Shown: one piece after another, positions 32,453-41,842 of the stretch
How positions within the stretch are numbered: position 1 is the first letter of the stretch
Layout of the letters: each line of letters opens with the position of its first letter
Assembly (NCBI GenBank): GCA_963806415.1
Contig: CAWDYD010000005.1
Span: forward strand, 2,326,115-2,390,114
Origin: an uncultured Actinomycetota bacterium
GTDB taxonomy: Bacteria; Actinomycetota; Actinomycetes; Mycobacteriales; SCTD01
Reading direction: 5' to 3'
Length of the DNA: 64,000 nt
Program-made: the position numbers and the translations under genes
Notes under the pieces: generated by a model
Told to the model about the DNA's origin: nothing
Databases searched by the model: none
Seen by the model: the letters and a program-made list of their open reading frames with translations, nothing else

Positions 32453-32797
32453 TCAGTCGCAGGCGCGTCGACGCAGCAGCAGGTAGCCGCTCAGCCCCGC
32501 GGTGAACAGCGCCCACCAGGCCGGTTCCGGCAGCCGCAGCGGCCACTGCGGGTCGACTCCGAGCACCCCGCCGATGCACGCGAGGCAGACGGCGGCCTCG
32601 TGACGCGCGCGGGCGCCGGAGGTGAGCGCGACCGCACCCAGCGCGGTCAGCCCGGCCAGGTCGCCGACCACCCCGCGGGCCAGGTACGCCGAGCCCCCCA
32701 CCAGGTAGGCCCCGCTGGAGACGGCGGCGGCGACGGCCGTCGTCGCGGCCTCGGCGCGCGACAGCGCGAAGCGCCGGGTGGTCCAGGCCGGGCTCAC
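32453..32797 (-). CDS. small hydrophobic membrane protein (hypothetical)
   Basis: The GTG overlaps the stop of the upstream gene (GTGA). AVAAAVSSGAYLVGGSAYLARGVVGDLAGLTALGAVALTSG..CLACIGGVLGV..WWALFTAGLSGYLLLRRR. Confidence 0.5.
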   Translation of the reverse strand: MSPAWTTRRFALSRAEAATTAVAAAVSSGAYLVGGSAYLARGVVGDLAGLTALGAVALTSGARARHEAAVCLACIGGVLGVDPQWPLRLPEPAWWALFTAGLSGYLLLRRRACD

Positions 32798-34365
32798 GGC
32801 TGGGCCTTCAGCAGCTGCAGGGCGGCGGCCTTGCCCGAGCTGCCGGCGATCCCGCCGACCGGCGCGGTCGACGCGCCGCAGGTGTACAGCCCCGGCACGC
32901 CCGGGACGGTGTGGCCGGCCAGCCGCCGGGTCGGGCGCAGGAAGGCGAGCTGGTCCAGGCTGATGTCGAGGAACATCGGGTGCGCGCCCGGCCAGCGCAG
33001 CTCCTGCGCCGCGAAGGTCGGCGTGCGGACGGTGCGGGCCCGGATGCTGTCCCGGAAGCCGGGCGCGTGCTGCTCGACCTGCTCGACCATCGCGTCGGCG
33101 AAGCCCTCGGCCGCGGCGTCCCACCCGCCGGCCAGCTCGTACGGCGCGCTCGGGCAGGCAAGGTAGACGGTGTGCCGGCCGGCGGGGGCCAGCGAGTCGT
33201 CGTACACGCTGGGGGTGAAGCAGTACGTCGCCGGCGGGTCGGGCAGGATCCCGGCCTCGGCGGCGAGGAACCCGCGGCGCAGCTGCTCGACGGTGCCGAC
33301 GTGGGACTGCAGGCCGTTCCAGTCGCCGTCCCGGGCGCCCGGGTAGGGCGGCAGCCGGTCGGTGGACAGGTGCACGACGAGCTGGACGGCGTTGCCGCGG
33401 TGCGCCGCCGCGAGCTCGGTCCCGTCCCGGCCGCCGAGCGGCGGGTCGAGCAGCTCCAGCAGCGCGGTCTGCACGTCGACGGCCGAGACCACGGCCGAGG
33501 CGGCGATCCGGGAGCCGCCCTCGAGCACCACGCCGGTGGCCCGGCCGGCGCGGGCGTCGATGCTCTCCACGACGCTGCCGGTGCGCACCTCGCCGCCGGC
33601 CTCCTCCAGCCGGGAGATCAGCGCGCGGGTCAGGGCCTGCGACCCGCCGCGCGGGTGCCACTGGCCGTACAGGTGGTACGCCGCCTGCCAGAACACGTAG
33701 AACGAGCCGCCGGGGGTGTGCGGGCCCGCCGAGGAGTGGCTGGCGAACGACGCGACCGGCGCCCGGGTCAGCTCGCTGGGCAGCGCGGTCTGCAGCAGCG
33801 AGCCGTACGGCGTGACGAGGTCCTTCATCAGGCCCATCGGCCCGCCGGAGCGGGCCAGGCCCTGCAGCAACGGGCCGATCTTGTTGGCGGCCGCCTTCAG
33901 CACCCCGCCGGGGCTCGATCCGCTCTCCAGGCCGGTCACGGCGGTCTTCACCAGCGGCACCGCCCGGTGCATGAACGCCCGGTAGGCCTCGGCGTCGGCC
34001 CGGCTGTGCTCGGCGATCGAGGCGACGGTCTGCTCGATGTCCCGGGTGAAGCGCACGATCCGGCCGTCCCGGAAGAACCCGGTGGCGAACGGGTCCATCG
34101 GCAGGTACTCCAGCCCCGCCCCGGCCAGGTCCAGCTCGGCCGGGATGCGGGTCATGTTGATGATGTTGTGCGCGGCGGCGTGCGTGTTGAACAGGTGCCC
34201 GGGGATGGTCTCGTCGGTCCGCGACCCGCCGCCGGGCTTGTCCGCGGCCTCCAGCACGAGCACCCGCTTGCCGGCGCGGGCCAGGTAGCAGGCCGCGACC
34301 AGGCCGTTGTGCCCGGCGCCGACGATCACGACGGGGTCCTCGGTGCGGCGGGCGGGGGCGGTCAT
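32794..34365 (-). CDS. NAD(P)/FAD-dependent oxidoreductase, phytoene desaturase (CrtI)-like family
   Basis: Intact 523 aa: VVIVGAGHNGLVAACYLARAGKRVLVLEAADKPGGGSRT, FNTHAAAHNIINM, GLYTCGASTAPVGGIAGSSG. Confidence 0.85.
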   Translation of the reverse strand: MTAPARRTEDPVVIVGAGHNGLVAACYLARAGKRVLVLEAADKPGGGSRTDETIPGHLFNTHAAAHNIINMTRIPAELDLAGAGLEYLPMDPFATGFFRDGRIVRFTRDIEQTVASIAEHSRADAEAYRAFMHRAVPLVKTAVTGLESGSSPGGVLKAAANKIGPLLQGLARSGGPMGLMKDLVTPYGSLLQTALPSELTRAPVASFASHSSAGPHTPGGSFYVFWQAAYHLYGQWHPRGGSQALTRALISRLEEAGGEVRTGSVVESIDARAGRATGVVLEGGSRIAASAVVSAVDVQTALLELLDPPLGGRDGTELAAAHRGNAVQLVVHLSTDRLPPYPGARDGDWNGLQSHVGTVEQLRRGFLAAEAGILPDPPATYCFTPSVYDDSLAPAGRHTVYLACPSAPYELAGGWDAAAEGFADAMVEQVEQHAPGFRDSIRARTVRTPTFAAQELRWPGAHPMFLDISLDQLAFLRPTRRLAGHTVPGVPGLYTCGASTAPVGGIAGSSGKAAALQLLKAQP

Positions 34366-34397
34366 GTCGGCTCCAGGGGTCAGCGGGGCGAGGGACG

Positions 34398-35841
34398 TCA
34401 GGACTCGGGCTGCGCCGGCCGCCAGGTGCCGCCGCCGAACTCACCGAACAGCCGGGCGGCCGCCATCCGCAGGCCGAGCGCGTACGTCGGGTAGGGGGCG
34501 ATCGTCTGGGCGAAGCGGCCGGCGAGCATCCCGGTCCGCATCGCGACGGCCACCGACGCGGCGAGCTCGCCGCCGGACGGGCAGACGGCGGTGAAGCCGA
34601 CGACCCGGTCCAGCACCTGTGCCCGGGCGAGCGTGCCGCGGTCCGGCGATCAGCTTGAGGTAGCCGTCGGTGTGGGCGGAGGTGCGCGAGCGGTCCATCT
34701 CGTCCAGCCGCACGACCGCGACCCGGGCCCGGTCGCCGTACTCCCGGTGGGCCTCGCCCTCGCGTCATCCCGACCCGGCCGATCTCGGGGTCGGTGAAGG
34801 TCACCCACGGCACGACGCTGTCGTCGAACGCGGTCATGCCGCCCAGGGCGCCCGGCAGCACGCTGCCGCGGGCGAACGCGTTGCCGGCCGCCAGCCGGCC
34901 CTGCTCGTCGCCGACGTGGGTGAACTGCAGCGGCGTGGTGCAGTCGCCGGCCGCGAAGACGTGCTCGGCGGTCGTGCGCAGGTACGCGTCGGTGACGATC
35001 TCGCCGTGCTCGCCGACCTCGACGCCGGCCCGCTCCAGGTCCATGCCGCCGGTGGCGGGGCGCCGGCCGACCGCGACCAGCAGGTGCGACCCGCGGACGG
35101 TGCGCCCGTCGGACAGGTGCAGGGTCGGGCCGGCCGAGACCCGCTCGACACCGGCACCGACGACGAGCTGCACGCCGGAGCGCTCCAGGACCGTCGTCAT
35201 CACCGTCGGCGACCTCCGGCTCCTCCTTGGTGAGGATCCGCGGCGCGGCCTCGACCACGGTCACCCGGCTGCCGAGCTGGGAGAAGGCCTGCGCCAGCTC
35301 GATGCCGATCGCCCCGCCGCCCATCACCAGCAGGTGCTCGGGCTGCTCGTCCAGGTCGAACAGCGAGCGGTTGTCCAGGTACGGGACCTGGTCGAGGCCC
35401 TCGATCGGCGGGATCGCGGCGGAGGCACCGGTGGCGAGCACGAACCGCGTCGCCCCGCACGCTGCGGCCGTCGACGTCCAGGGACGTCGGGGAGGTGAAC
35501 CGCGCCCAGCCGGGCAGCAGGTCGATGCCCTCGCTGCGGAGCTGCTCGGGCGACTCGTCCTGCTCGATGGTCGCGATCACGTTGCGGACGTGCTGCAGGA
35601 CCTTGCGCAGGTCGACGCTGCCGACCGGCTCCAGGCCCCAGGCCTGGGCCTCCCGCGCGCCGGCGACCCGGTGCGCCACGTCGAGCAGGGTCTTGCTCGG
35701 GACGCAGCCGTAGTGCGTGCAGTCCCCACCGGGGCGGGCCTTCTCGACCAGCGCCACGCGCCGGCCGGCCTTGCGGGCCGCCCGGGCTGCGCCGAGGCCG
35801 GTCGCTCCGGCGCCGATCACGACGAGGTCGTAGCTGGTCAT
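34398..35841 (-). pseudogene. pyridine nucleotide-disulfide oxidoreductase (dihydrolipoyl dehydrogenase / mercuric reductase-like); at least four frameshifts
   Basis: MTSYDLVVIGAGATGLGAARAARKAGRRVALVEKARPGGDCTHYGCVPSKTLL (redox CxxxxC), [104 protein letters not shown]. Confidence 0.82.
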
Positions 35842-35983
35842 GCGCCCTCCCGGGGGTGCGGCCGGTCCGGCCCGGAGATCTTGCGTCTGGGGTGTCCTGC
35901 CCGGGAAACCGGCCCGCACCCCCGGCGGCGGGTACCGGCGCGGGGAGCGCGACGGCGCGACCGGAGGTCGCGCCGCCGCGTCG

Positions 35984-36523
35984 CTACAGCGCCGGGGCCG
36001 GCTTGAGGTCCAGCTCGGTGCCGACCAGGTGGTTGAAGTAGTTCGTGAAGAGATTGAGCGCGACGACGGCGGAGCTCTCGGTGAGCTGCTCGTCGGTCCA
36101 GCCGGCGTCCAGCGCGGCCTGCCAGGCGGTGTCGTCGACGTGCCCGAGGTTCGCGGCCTGCTGGCGGGCCAGGGTCATCAGCGCGGCCAGGCGCGGGTCG
36201 TCGACCGCGTCGCGGCGGATGGCGACGGTCAGCTCCTCGCTGAGCCCGGCGGCCTTGCCGCCGGCGGTGTGGGCCGCCTGGCAGTAGTCGCACCTGTCCT
36301 CGTTGCCGACGGCGAGCGCGATCGCCTCGCGGGTCGCCAGGTCGAACGAGCTGTGCTCGGCGAGCGCGCCCTGGATCGCGGCGTAGGTCGCGAGCACGGC
36401 GGGGGAGTGCGCCATGAGGCCGTGGATGTTGAGCACCTTGCCGAACTTCTCCTGCAGGGCCTTGAGGGCGTCGCGGCTGCCCTCCGGGGCGGACTCGACG
36501 GTGTGGACGGGGATGCGGGGCAT
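35984..36523 (-). CDS. carboxymuconolactone decarboxylase / AhpD-like alkylhydroperoxidase family protein
   Basis: MPRIPVHTVESAPEGSRDALKALQEKFGKVLNIHGLMAHSPAVL..REAIALAVGNEDRCDYCQAAHTAGGKAAG (CxxC). Intact. Confidence 0.85.
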   Translation of the reverse strand: MPRIPVHTVESAPEGSRDALKALQEKFGKVLNIHGLMAHSPAVLATYAAIQGALAEHSSFDLATREAIALAVGNEDRCDYCQAAHTAGGKAAGLSEELTVAIRRDAVDDPRLAALMTLARQQAANLGHVDDTAWQAALDAGWTDEQLTESSAVVALNLFTNYFNHLVGTELDLKPAPAL

Positions 36524-36579
36524 GGGCGTGCCTTCCGGGAGCGAGGTTCGGGCTTCTCCGGGCACAACACCCGGTCGCC

Positions 36580-37305
36580 TCAGGCCTGCCGGCTCGGCAA
36601 CCGAGGTGACCATGTCGGGCCGGGCAGCGGCTCGGGCCCGCTGGCCGCCCGCAGCCCGTCCGGGTCCAGCAGCGCCGTGACGCCGTACCGGGTGGCGACC
36701 AGCCCGCGCTCGCGCAGCACGCCGACCGCTCGCGAGACGGACTGCCGCCGCGCGCCGAGCAGGTCGGCGAGAGTGGCGTGGCTGAGCCGGACCACCGGGC
36801 TGCCGGCCGGGTCGTCCTCGGCCAGGTCGGTGAGCAGGTAGGCGACCTGCTCGACCAGGGGCCGGGACGTGACGACCACCAGCCGGCGGCGGTCGTCGTC
36901 GAGCCGCCGGGCGATCGAGGTCATCCACCGCAGCGACAGCGTCGGGGACGCGGCGAGCAGCGCGGTCCAGCGCTCCCGGGGCAGCGCCAGCAGCTCGGTG
37001 TCGCGGCTGGCGACGGCGTCGTACGGCATGGGCGTGTCGAGCAGCACCGGGATGTCGGCGATCACCCCGCCGGCGCGGACGACCGCCATCGTCACCCGGC
37101 CGGCCGCCAACCGGGCGCGCAGCTCCAGCTCGCCGGTCGCGACGACCTGGACCCGCCGCGGCCGGCTGCCGGCGGCGGCGACGACGGCGCCGGCCTCGAC
37201 CCGGCGCGCGCTGCCGTACGCCCGCAGCTGGTCGAGCTCGGCCGGGTGCAGCAGCCCCGGGTCGCGCCGGCTGATCCAGCGCCCGGCGGGCCGCGTACCG
37301 GTCAG
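36580..37305 (-). CDS. Crp/Fnr family transcriptional regulator; start codon unresolved
   Basis: cNMP-binding-like barrel (VEAGAVVAAAGSRPRRVQVVATGELELRARLAAGRVTMAVVRAGGVIADIPVLL) plus C-terminal HTH (SHATLADLLGARRQSVSRAVGVLRERGLVATRYG). There is no in-frame ATG/GTG upstream of TTG 37110, which would truncate the barrel. The frame is open back to 37305. Confidence 0.75.
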   Translation of the reverse strand: MTGTRPAGRWISRRDPGLLHPAELDQLRAYGSARRVEAGAVVAAAGSRPRRVQVVATGELELRARLAAGRVTMAVVRAGGVIADIPVLLDTPMPYDAVASRDTELLALPRERWTALLAASPTLSLRWMTSIARRLDDDRRRLVVVTSRPLVEQVAYLLTDLAEDDPAGSPVVRLSHATLADLLGARRQSVSRAVGVLRERGLVATRYGVTALLDPDGLRAASGPEPLPGPTWSPRLPSRQA

Positions 37306-37312
37306 GGCGGGC

Positions 37313-37993
37313 TCAGCGGGCCAGCCGCCGGGCGAGGTCGTCGATGCCGGTCGCGGTCACCGTCGGCGGGGTGAAGTACGTCGGGTACTCACCGCCGGTG
37401 CGGTTGATGTAGGCGGTCTGCATGCCGGCCCGGGCCGCCCCGTCGGTGTCCCAGGCGTGCACCGCGACCATCATCATCTCGCCCAGCTCGACGCCGCACT
37501 GCTGCGCCGCGTGCGCGTACGACGCGGGCGCCGGCTTCCAGATCCCGGCGTCCTCGACGGTGAGCACCTTCTCGACGTGCTCGCGCAGCCCGGCGGAGCT
37601 CAGCAGCGTCTCGGCGACCGCGGCGGACCCGTTCGACAGCGTCACCAGCCGGTAGCCGGCCTCGGCCAGCGCCCGCAGGCCGGCCGGCACGTCCGGGTGG
37701 ACCTGCAGCGCCATGAACCCGGACAGCACGTGCTGGACGGCGTCGTCGGCGCTGCGGTCCAGCTCGCGTCCGGCCGTGACGGCCTTCAGCGCGCTGCCCG
37801 CGATCGTGGCGAACTTCTCGCTCGCCCCGACGGTGGACAGCGCGAAGCCGTCCCGGAGCACGCTGGCGAACCAGACCTTGGCGAGCAGCGGGTCGACGCC
37901 GAGGTCGGCGAAGCGCTCGCCCATCGGGGTCAGGTCGGACAGCGTCTCGTTGACGTCGAAGACGAGGACGCGAGGTGCGGAGGGAGAGGTCAT
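37313..37993 (-). CDS. haloacid dehalogenase type II / HAD-superfamily hydrolase
   Basis: Intact 226 aa: VLVFDVNETLSDL (motif I), LVTLSNGS, KPAPASYAHAAQQCGVELGEMMMVAVHAWDTDGAARAG. Confidence 0.85.
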   Translation of the reverse strand: MTSPSAPRVLVFDVNETLSDLTPMGERFADLGVDPLLAKVWFASVLRDGFALSTVGASEKFATIAGSALKAVTAGRELDRSADDAVQHVLSGFMALQVHPDVPAGLRALAEAGYRLVTLSNGSAAVAETLLSSAGLREHVEKVLTVEDAGIWKPAPASYAHAAQQCGVELGEMMMVAVHAWDTDGAARAGMQTAYINRTGGEYPTYFTPPTVTATGIDDLARRLAR

Positions 37994-38050
37994 GGGGGGC
38001 AGGATGCCCGGTCGCGTGCCGGGCCGGCCAGCCGCCCGGGCCCGGACATC

Positions 38051-40411
38051 TCAGGTCGGGGCCTGCGCGCGGTCGGTGGACCGGGCCGCCAGCCACGACG
38101 TGAACGCCTCCGAGGTCATCGGGCGGCCCAGGTGGTAGCCCTGCACGACGTCGCACCCCAGGTCGGACAGGGCCTGCAGGCTCGCCTCGTCCTCGACGCC
38201 CTCGGCGACCACGGCCAGCCCGAGGTTGTGGCCCAGGTCGATGGACGACCGGACGAGCACCGAGTCGCTCGGGTTGGTGAGCATCTCCAGGACGAACGAG
38301 CGGTCGATCTTCAGCTCGTCCACCGGAAGGCGCTTGAGGTAGGACATCGAGGAGTAGCCGGTGCCGAAGTCGTCGATGGACAGCGAGATGCCGGCGGCCT
38401 GCAGCTCCTGCAGGACGGCCAGGGCGCGGGTCGGGTCGGCCATGATCGTGCTCTCGGTGATCTCGAGCCGCAGCAGGCCGGCCGGCAGGGCGTGCTGCTC
38501 CAGGCGGGCCCGGACCAGCGCCGGGAAGTCCGGCTCGAGCAGGCAGCGGGGGGAGAGGTTGACCGCCACCTGCACCGGGTGGCCGCCGTCGGACCAGGCG
38601 CGGGCCTGGGCGATCGCCAGGTCCAGGGTCCGCAGCGTCAGCGGCAGGATCAGCCCGGTGCCCTCCGCGACCGGGACGAAGTCGTTGGGGGCGACGACCC
38701 CGCGGACCGGGTGCTGCCAGCGGACCAGGGCCTCCACGCCGTGCACCTGCCCGGTGTCCAGCTCCACCTTCGGCTGGTAGTCCAGGAACAGCTCGTCGTC
38801 CTGCATCGCCCGGCGCAGCTCGCCGAGCAGCGCCAGGCGGGTGGGGGTGTGCACGTCCAGGTTCGGCTCGTAGACGACGACGCCGCAGCGCCGGCCCTTC
38901 GCCTCGTACATCGCGACGTCGGCGACCCGCAGCAGCGCGTTCCCGTCCGTGCCGTGCTGGGGCGCCAGCGCCACCCCGATGCTCGCCTCGACGTTGAGCA
39001 CGATCCCGTCCAGCACGAACGACTCCTGCAGCAGTGCGACGCACCGGCGCGCCAGCGCCAGGGCCGACCGCTCGTCGGCGACGTCGGTCAGCAGCACCGC
39101 GAACTCGTCACCGCCGAGCCGGGCGACCGTGTCGCAGTCGCGGAACGCCGCCCGCAGCCGGTTGGCCACCTCGCACAGCAGGACGTCCCCGACGTGATGG
39201 CCGAGCGTGTCGTTGACCTCCTTGAACCGGTCGAGGTCGATGAGCAGGACGCCGCAGGTGGTGCGACGGCGTCCGGAGAGCAGCAGGGCCTGGTCGAGCC
39301 GGTCGGTGAGCAGCCGGCGGTTCGGCAGGCCGGTGAGCTCGTCGGCCAGGCCGGCGGCCCGCAGCTCGCGCTGGCTGGCGCGCAGGTTGAGCCCCGCGAA
39401 GGCCAGCAGAAGCAGCCCCGCCAGCGTCATCGCGACCGGGGCCGGGCCGATCGCCCGCGACCAGGCCACCGTGGTGACCGGCGCGGACACCAGCACCGAC
39501 CAGGAGTTGGCGTTGTCCGGCGAGCCCGGCAGCCGGACCAGCGCGATGCGCTCGCCGTCGACCGTGTCGGACGCCGCCGAGGAGGTGCGCGCGATCGCGG
39601 CCGCGAGCCCGGGGGAGCCCGGCCGCGACACGGCGCTCTCCGGCTCGCCGCCGGTCAGCGGCCGGCCGGTCTCCAGCACGACCCTGCCGGTCTGGTTGTC
39701 CACGATGGCCGCCGGTCGGTCACCGCCGGTGCCGGCGAGGGCGGCCCGGAAGCTGTCGAGCGTCACCTCGAAGTGCACGAGCCCCCACGGCGTGCCGGAC
39801 TCCCCGATCATCGGGGTCGAGTTCGAGATCACCCACTCGTCGGTGTCGGGCGACAGGTAGGGGGCCGCCTGGTGGACCCGGTCGGCCGGCAGGGCCAGCG
39901 TCGGCGCGAAGAACGGCGCCTCGGCCTCCTCGGTGGACAGGTCCTCCTCGGGCGCGACCAGGCCGCGGACCACCCGGGCGATCTCGGTGCCGGTGCTGTT
40001 GATCAGGCAGGCCTCGCTGATCCGGCCGGGGTAGAGCCGCTCCAGGTACGCCATCGCCTCGGCCGCGGGCGTCGAGATCGGCGTGCCGCCCGTCACCGGC
40101 TCGCCGTGCCGGTGCGGGGCGGCGCCCGGCGCCTCGGCGTGGGCCGTCCCGGGCTCCGGCTCGAGGCCTGCGATGGCGGCGTCGTGGGCGAGCAGGAGGT
40201 TGATGGACTGGGCGCGCTCGAAGTACTCCCGCAGCGCCGCCGCGCCGGTCGTCGCCTGCGTGGTCAGCGCGTGGTCCAGGTCGTCCAGCGCCGCGGCCCG
40301 GCCGCTGCGTACCGCACCGCCGACGGCGACGCCGAGCAGCAGCACGCCCAGCAGCGCCGTGAGGACGCGCAGGAGCCGGGACCGCCAGCGGTGCGGGAGC
40401 GGGGTCGGCAC
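38051..40411 (-). CDS. membrane sensor diguanylate cyclase/phosphodiesterase (periplasmic sensor - GGDEF - EAL)
   Basis: TM1 LLRVLTALLGVLLLGVAVGG, a ~300-aa extracytoplasmic region, then TM2. GGDEF domain: LTGLPNRRLL..RLGGDEFAVLL. EAL domain: GVEALVRWQHP..LEITES..IDDFGTGYSSMSYL..KIDRSF..VVAEGVE. Start taken as GTG 40411; the upstream open frame through the repeats is rejected. Confidence 0.88.
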   Translation of the reverse strand: MPTPLPHRWRSRLLRVLTALLGVLLLGVAVGGAVRSGRAAALDDLDHALTTQATTGAAALREYFERAQSINLLLAHDAAIAGLEPEPGTAHAEAPGAAPHRHGEPVTGGTPISTPAAEAMAYLERLYPGRISEACLINSTGTEIARVVRGLVAPEEDLSTEEAEAPFFAPTLALPADRVHQAAPYLSPDTDEWVISNSTPMIGESGTPWGLVHFEVTLDSFRAALAGTGGDRPAAIVDNQTGRVVLETGRPLTGGEPESAVSRPGSPGLAAAIARTSSAASDTVDGERIALVRLPGSPDNANSWSVLVSAPVTTVAWSRAIGPAPVAMTLAGLLLLAFAGLNLRASQRELRAAGLADELTGLPNRRLLTDRLDQALLLSGRRRTTCGVLLIDLDRFKEVNDTLGHHVGDVLLCEVANRLRAAFRDCDTVARLGGDEFAVLLTDVADERSALALARRCVALLQESFVLDGIVLNVEASIGVALAPQHGTDGNALLRVADVAMYEAKGRRCGVVVYEPNLDVHTPTRLALLGELRRAMQDDELFLDYQPKVELDTGQVHGVEALVRWQHPVRGVVAPNDFVPVAEGTGLILPLTLRTLDLAIAQARAWSDGGHPVQVAVNLSPRCLLEPDFPALVRARLEQHALPAGLLRLEITESTIMADPTRALAVLQELQAAGISLSIDDFGTGYSSMSYLKRLPVDELKIDRSFVLEMLTNPSDSVLVRSSIDLGHNLGLAVVAEGVEDEASLQALSDLGCDVVQGYHLGRPMTSEAFTSWLAARSTDRAQAPT

Positions 40412-40510
40412 GACGGCCCTTCGTCGCGGGGTGCGCGGCAGGAGTGCCGTGCGGAGGGGAGGTCGGCAGGGCGGTCCGGTGGCTGGAGGTTGATCACCCG
40501 GTCGGGCGGG

Positions 40511-40772
40511 GTTCCCCTTTGCTGCGGCGGTTCCCCTTGCTTCGGGGCGGGCGTCCCCTTGCTTCGGGCGCTTCCCCTGCGTAGGGGCACTTTCCGGGGC
40601 TCTGCGGGAGGCGTTGTGCAGGGGAGGCCGGGCCCGCCGGGGCTTCCCCTGCGTACGGGCACTTTCCGGGGCTCTGCGGGAGGCGTTGCGCAGGGGAGGC
40701 CCGGCCCGCCGGGGCTTCCCCTGCGTACGGGCACTTTCCGGGGCTCTGCAGGAGGCGTTGCGCAGGGGAGGC
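40511..40772. repeat. tandem repeat array: about three degenerate ~20-bp units, then 2.8 copies of a 72-bp unit (minisatellite/VNTR-like)
   Basis: 72-bp copies start at 40570, 40642 and 40714. Copies 1 and 2 differ at 3 positions. Unit: gcttcccctgcgtaSgggcactttccggggctctgcgggaggcgttgYgcaggggaggcSgggcccgccggg. Junction hairpins are gcaggggaggc (40618-40628) / gcttcccctgc (40642-40652) and 40690-40700 / 40714-40724. Leading units resemble gttccccttgcttcggggcgg. Confidence 0.9.
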
Positions 40773-40836
40773 GCCCCGGCGCAGCCCCGCAGCCCCGCGA
40801 CGCCGCGACGCGCGACGCCGCGGTTAGCCTCCCGGC

Positions 40837-41481
40837 GTGCTCCCCGCGCTCGCCGCCCCGGCGGCCCCGACCGCCGAGCTGACCGGCCTCGCCGGGCTCG
40901 TGGTCGACGTGGTGGACGCTCTGGGCGCAGTCGGGGTCGGCGTGCTGGTCGCCGCCGAGAACGTCTTCCCACCGGTGCCCAGCGAGGTGGTGCTGCCGCT
41001 CGGCGGCTACCTCGCCGCGCAGGGTCGGATGTCGTACGCGGCGGTGCTGGTCGCCGCGACGCTCGGCAGCGTGGTAGGCGCGCTGCTGCTCTACCTGGCC
41101 GGCGCGCGGCTGGGGCGGGCTCGGGTGCGCCGGCTCGTCGACCGGCTGCCGCTGGTCGACGTCGCCGACCTGGAACGCGCCGAGTCGTGGTTCGCCAGGC
41201 ACGGGCAGGCGGCCGTGCTGCTCGGCCGGATGATCCCGGTGGTACGCAGCCTCATCTCGGTCCCGGCCGGGGTCGAGGGGATGCCGTTGCCCCGGTTCCT
41301 GCTGCTGACGGCGCTGGGGAGCGGGGCGTGGAACGCGCTGTTCATCACGCTCGGCTTCCAGGTCGGCGAGCGCTGGACCTCGATCGGGCAGTACAGCGAC
41401 GTGCTGAACGGCGTCGTCCTCGCCGCCCTGCTGGCCCTGGTCCTGCTCGCTGTCGTACGACGCTGGCGGGCCCGGGCCTGA
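40837..41481 (+). CDS. DedA family membrane protein
   Basis: VGVLVAAENVFPPVPSEVVLPLGGYLAAQGRMSYAAVLVAATLGSVVGALLLYLAGARLG..HGQAAVLLGRMIPVVRSLISVPAGVEGMPLPRFLLLTALGSGAWN. Confidence 0.88.
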   Translation: MLPALAAPAAPTAELTGLAGLVVDVVDALGAVGVGVLVAAENVFPPVPSEVVLPLGGYLAAQGRMSYAAVLVAATLGSVVGALLLYLAGARLGRARVRRLVDRLPLVDVADLERAESWFARHGQAAVLLGRMIPVVRSLISVPAGVEGMPLPRFLLLTALGSGAWNALFITLGFQVGERWTSIGQYSDVLNGVVLAALLALVLLAVVRRWRARA

Positions 41482-41491
41482 CCGGCCCGCC

Positions 41492-41830
41492 TCAGCCGGC
41501 CAGGGCGGCGCGCAGCGCCTCGAGCGACGCCGGGGCTGCGGCGTACCAGTTGTTGGCGCCGCGCTTCTCCACCGTCACCAGCCCGGCCTCGCGCAGGACC
41601 CGCAGGTGATGGCTGACCGTCGGCTGACTGCGCCCGACCGGTTCGACGAGGTCGCAGACGCAGACCGCGCCGTCCCGGCTGGTGGCGAGCAGGCTCAGCA
41701 GCTGCAGCCGGACCGGGTCGCCCAGAGCGGCGAACCCCCTCGCCAGCGTGGCCGCGTCGGCCGTCCCGAGCGGGCTGACCTGCAGCGGTGGGCAGCACGC
41801 GGGATCTGCGGCGAGTGGCGTGGCAGTCAT
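41492..41830 (-). CDS. ArsR/SmtB family metalloregulatory transcription factor
   Basis: MTATPLAADPACCPPLQ..ATLARGFAALGDPVRLQLLSLLATSRDGAVCVCDLVEPVGRSQPTVSHHLRVLREAGLVTVEKRG. It has N-terminal CC and helix CVC cysteine sites. Divergent from the ArsI/CadI gene. Confidence 0.88.
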   Translation of the reverse strand: MTATPLAADPACCPPLQVSPLGTADAATLARGFAALGDPVRLQLLSLLATSRDGAVCVCDLVEPVGRSQPTVSHHLRVLREAGLVTVEKRGANNWYAAAPASLEALRAALAG

Positions 41831-41842
41831 GTCCCCTCCACC

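Noticed and set aside
40511-40772. CRISPR array, or a coding N-terminal repeat extension of the GGDEF-EAL protein
   Set aside because: The units are contiguous without unique spacers and no cas genes are present, so this is not a CRISPR array. The minus-strand frame is open through the repeats (24-aa unit). However, it uses codons that are rare here (AGA, GAA, AGT, CCT, CGT), is extremely basic and Pro-rich, and would overlap the dedA start. GTG 40411 just before TM1 is the sensible start.
36869-40882. 1337-aa plus-strand ORF
   Set aside because: It is antisense to the Crp, HAD and GGDEF-EAL genes. Its composition is typical of high-GC antisense frames (poly R/G/P/A/D) and it has no domain signatures.
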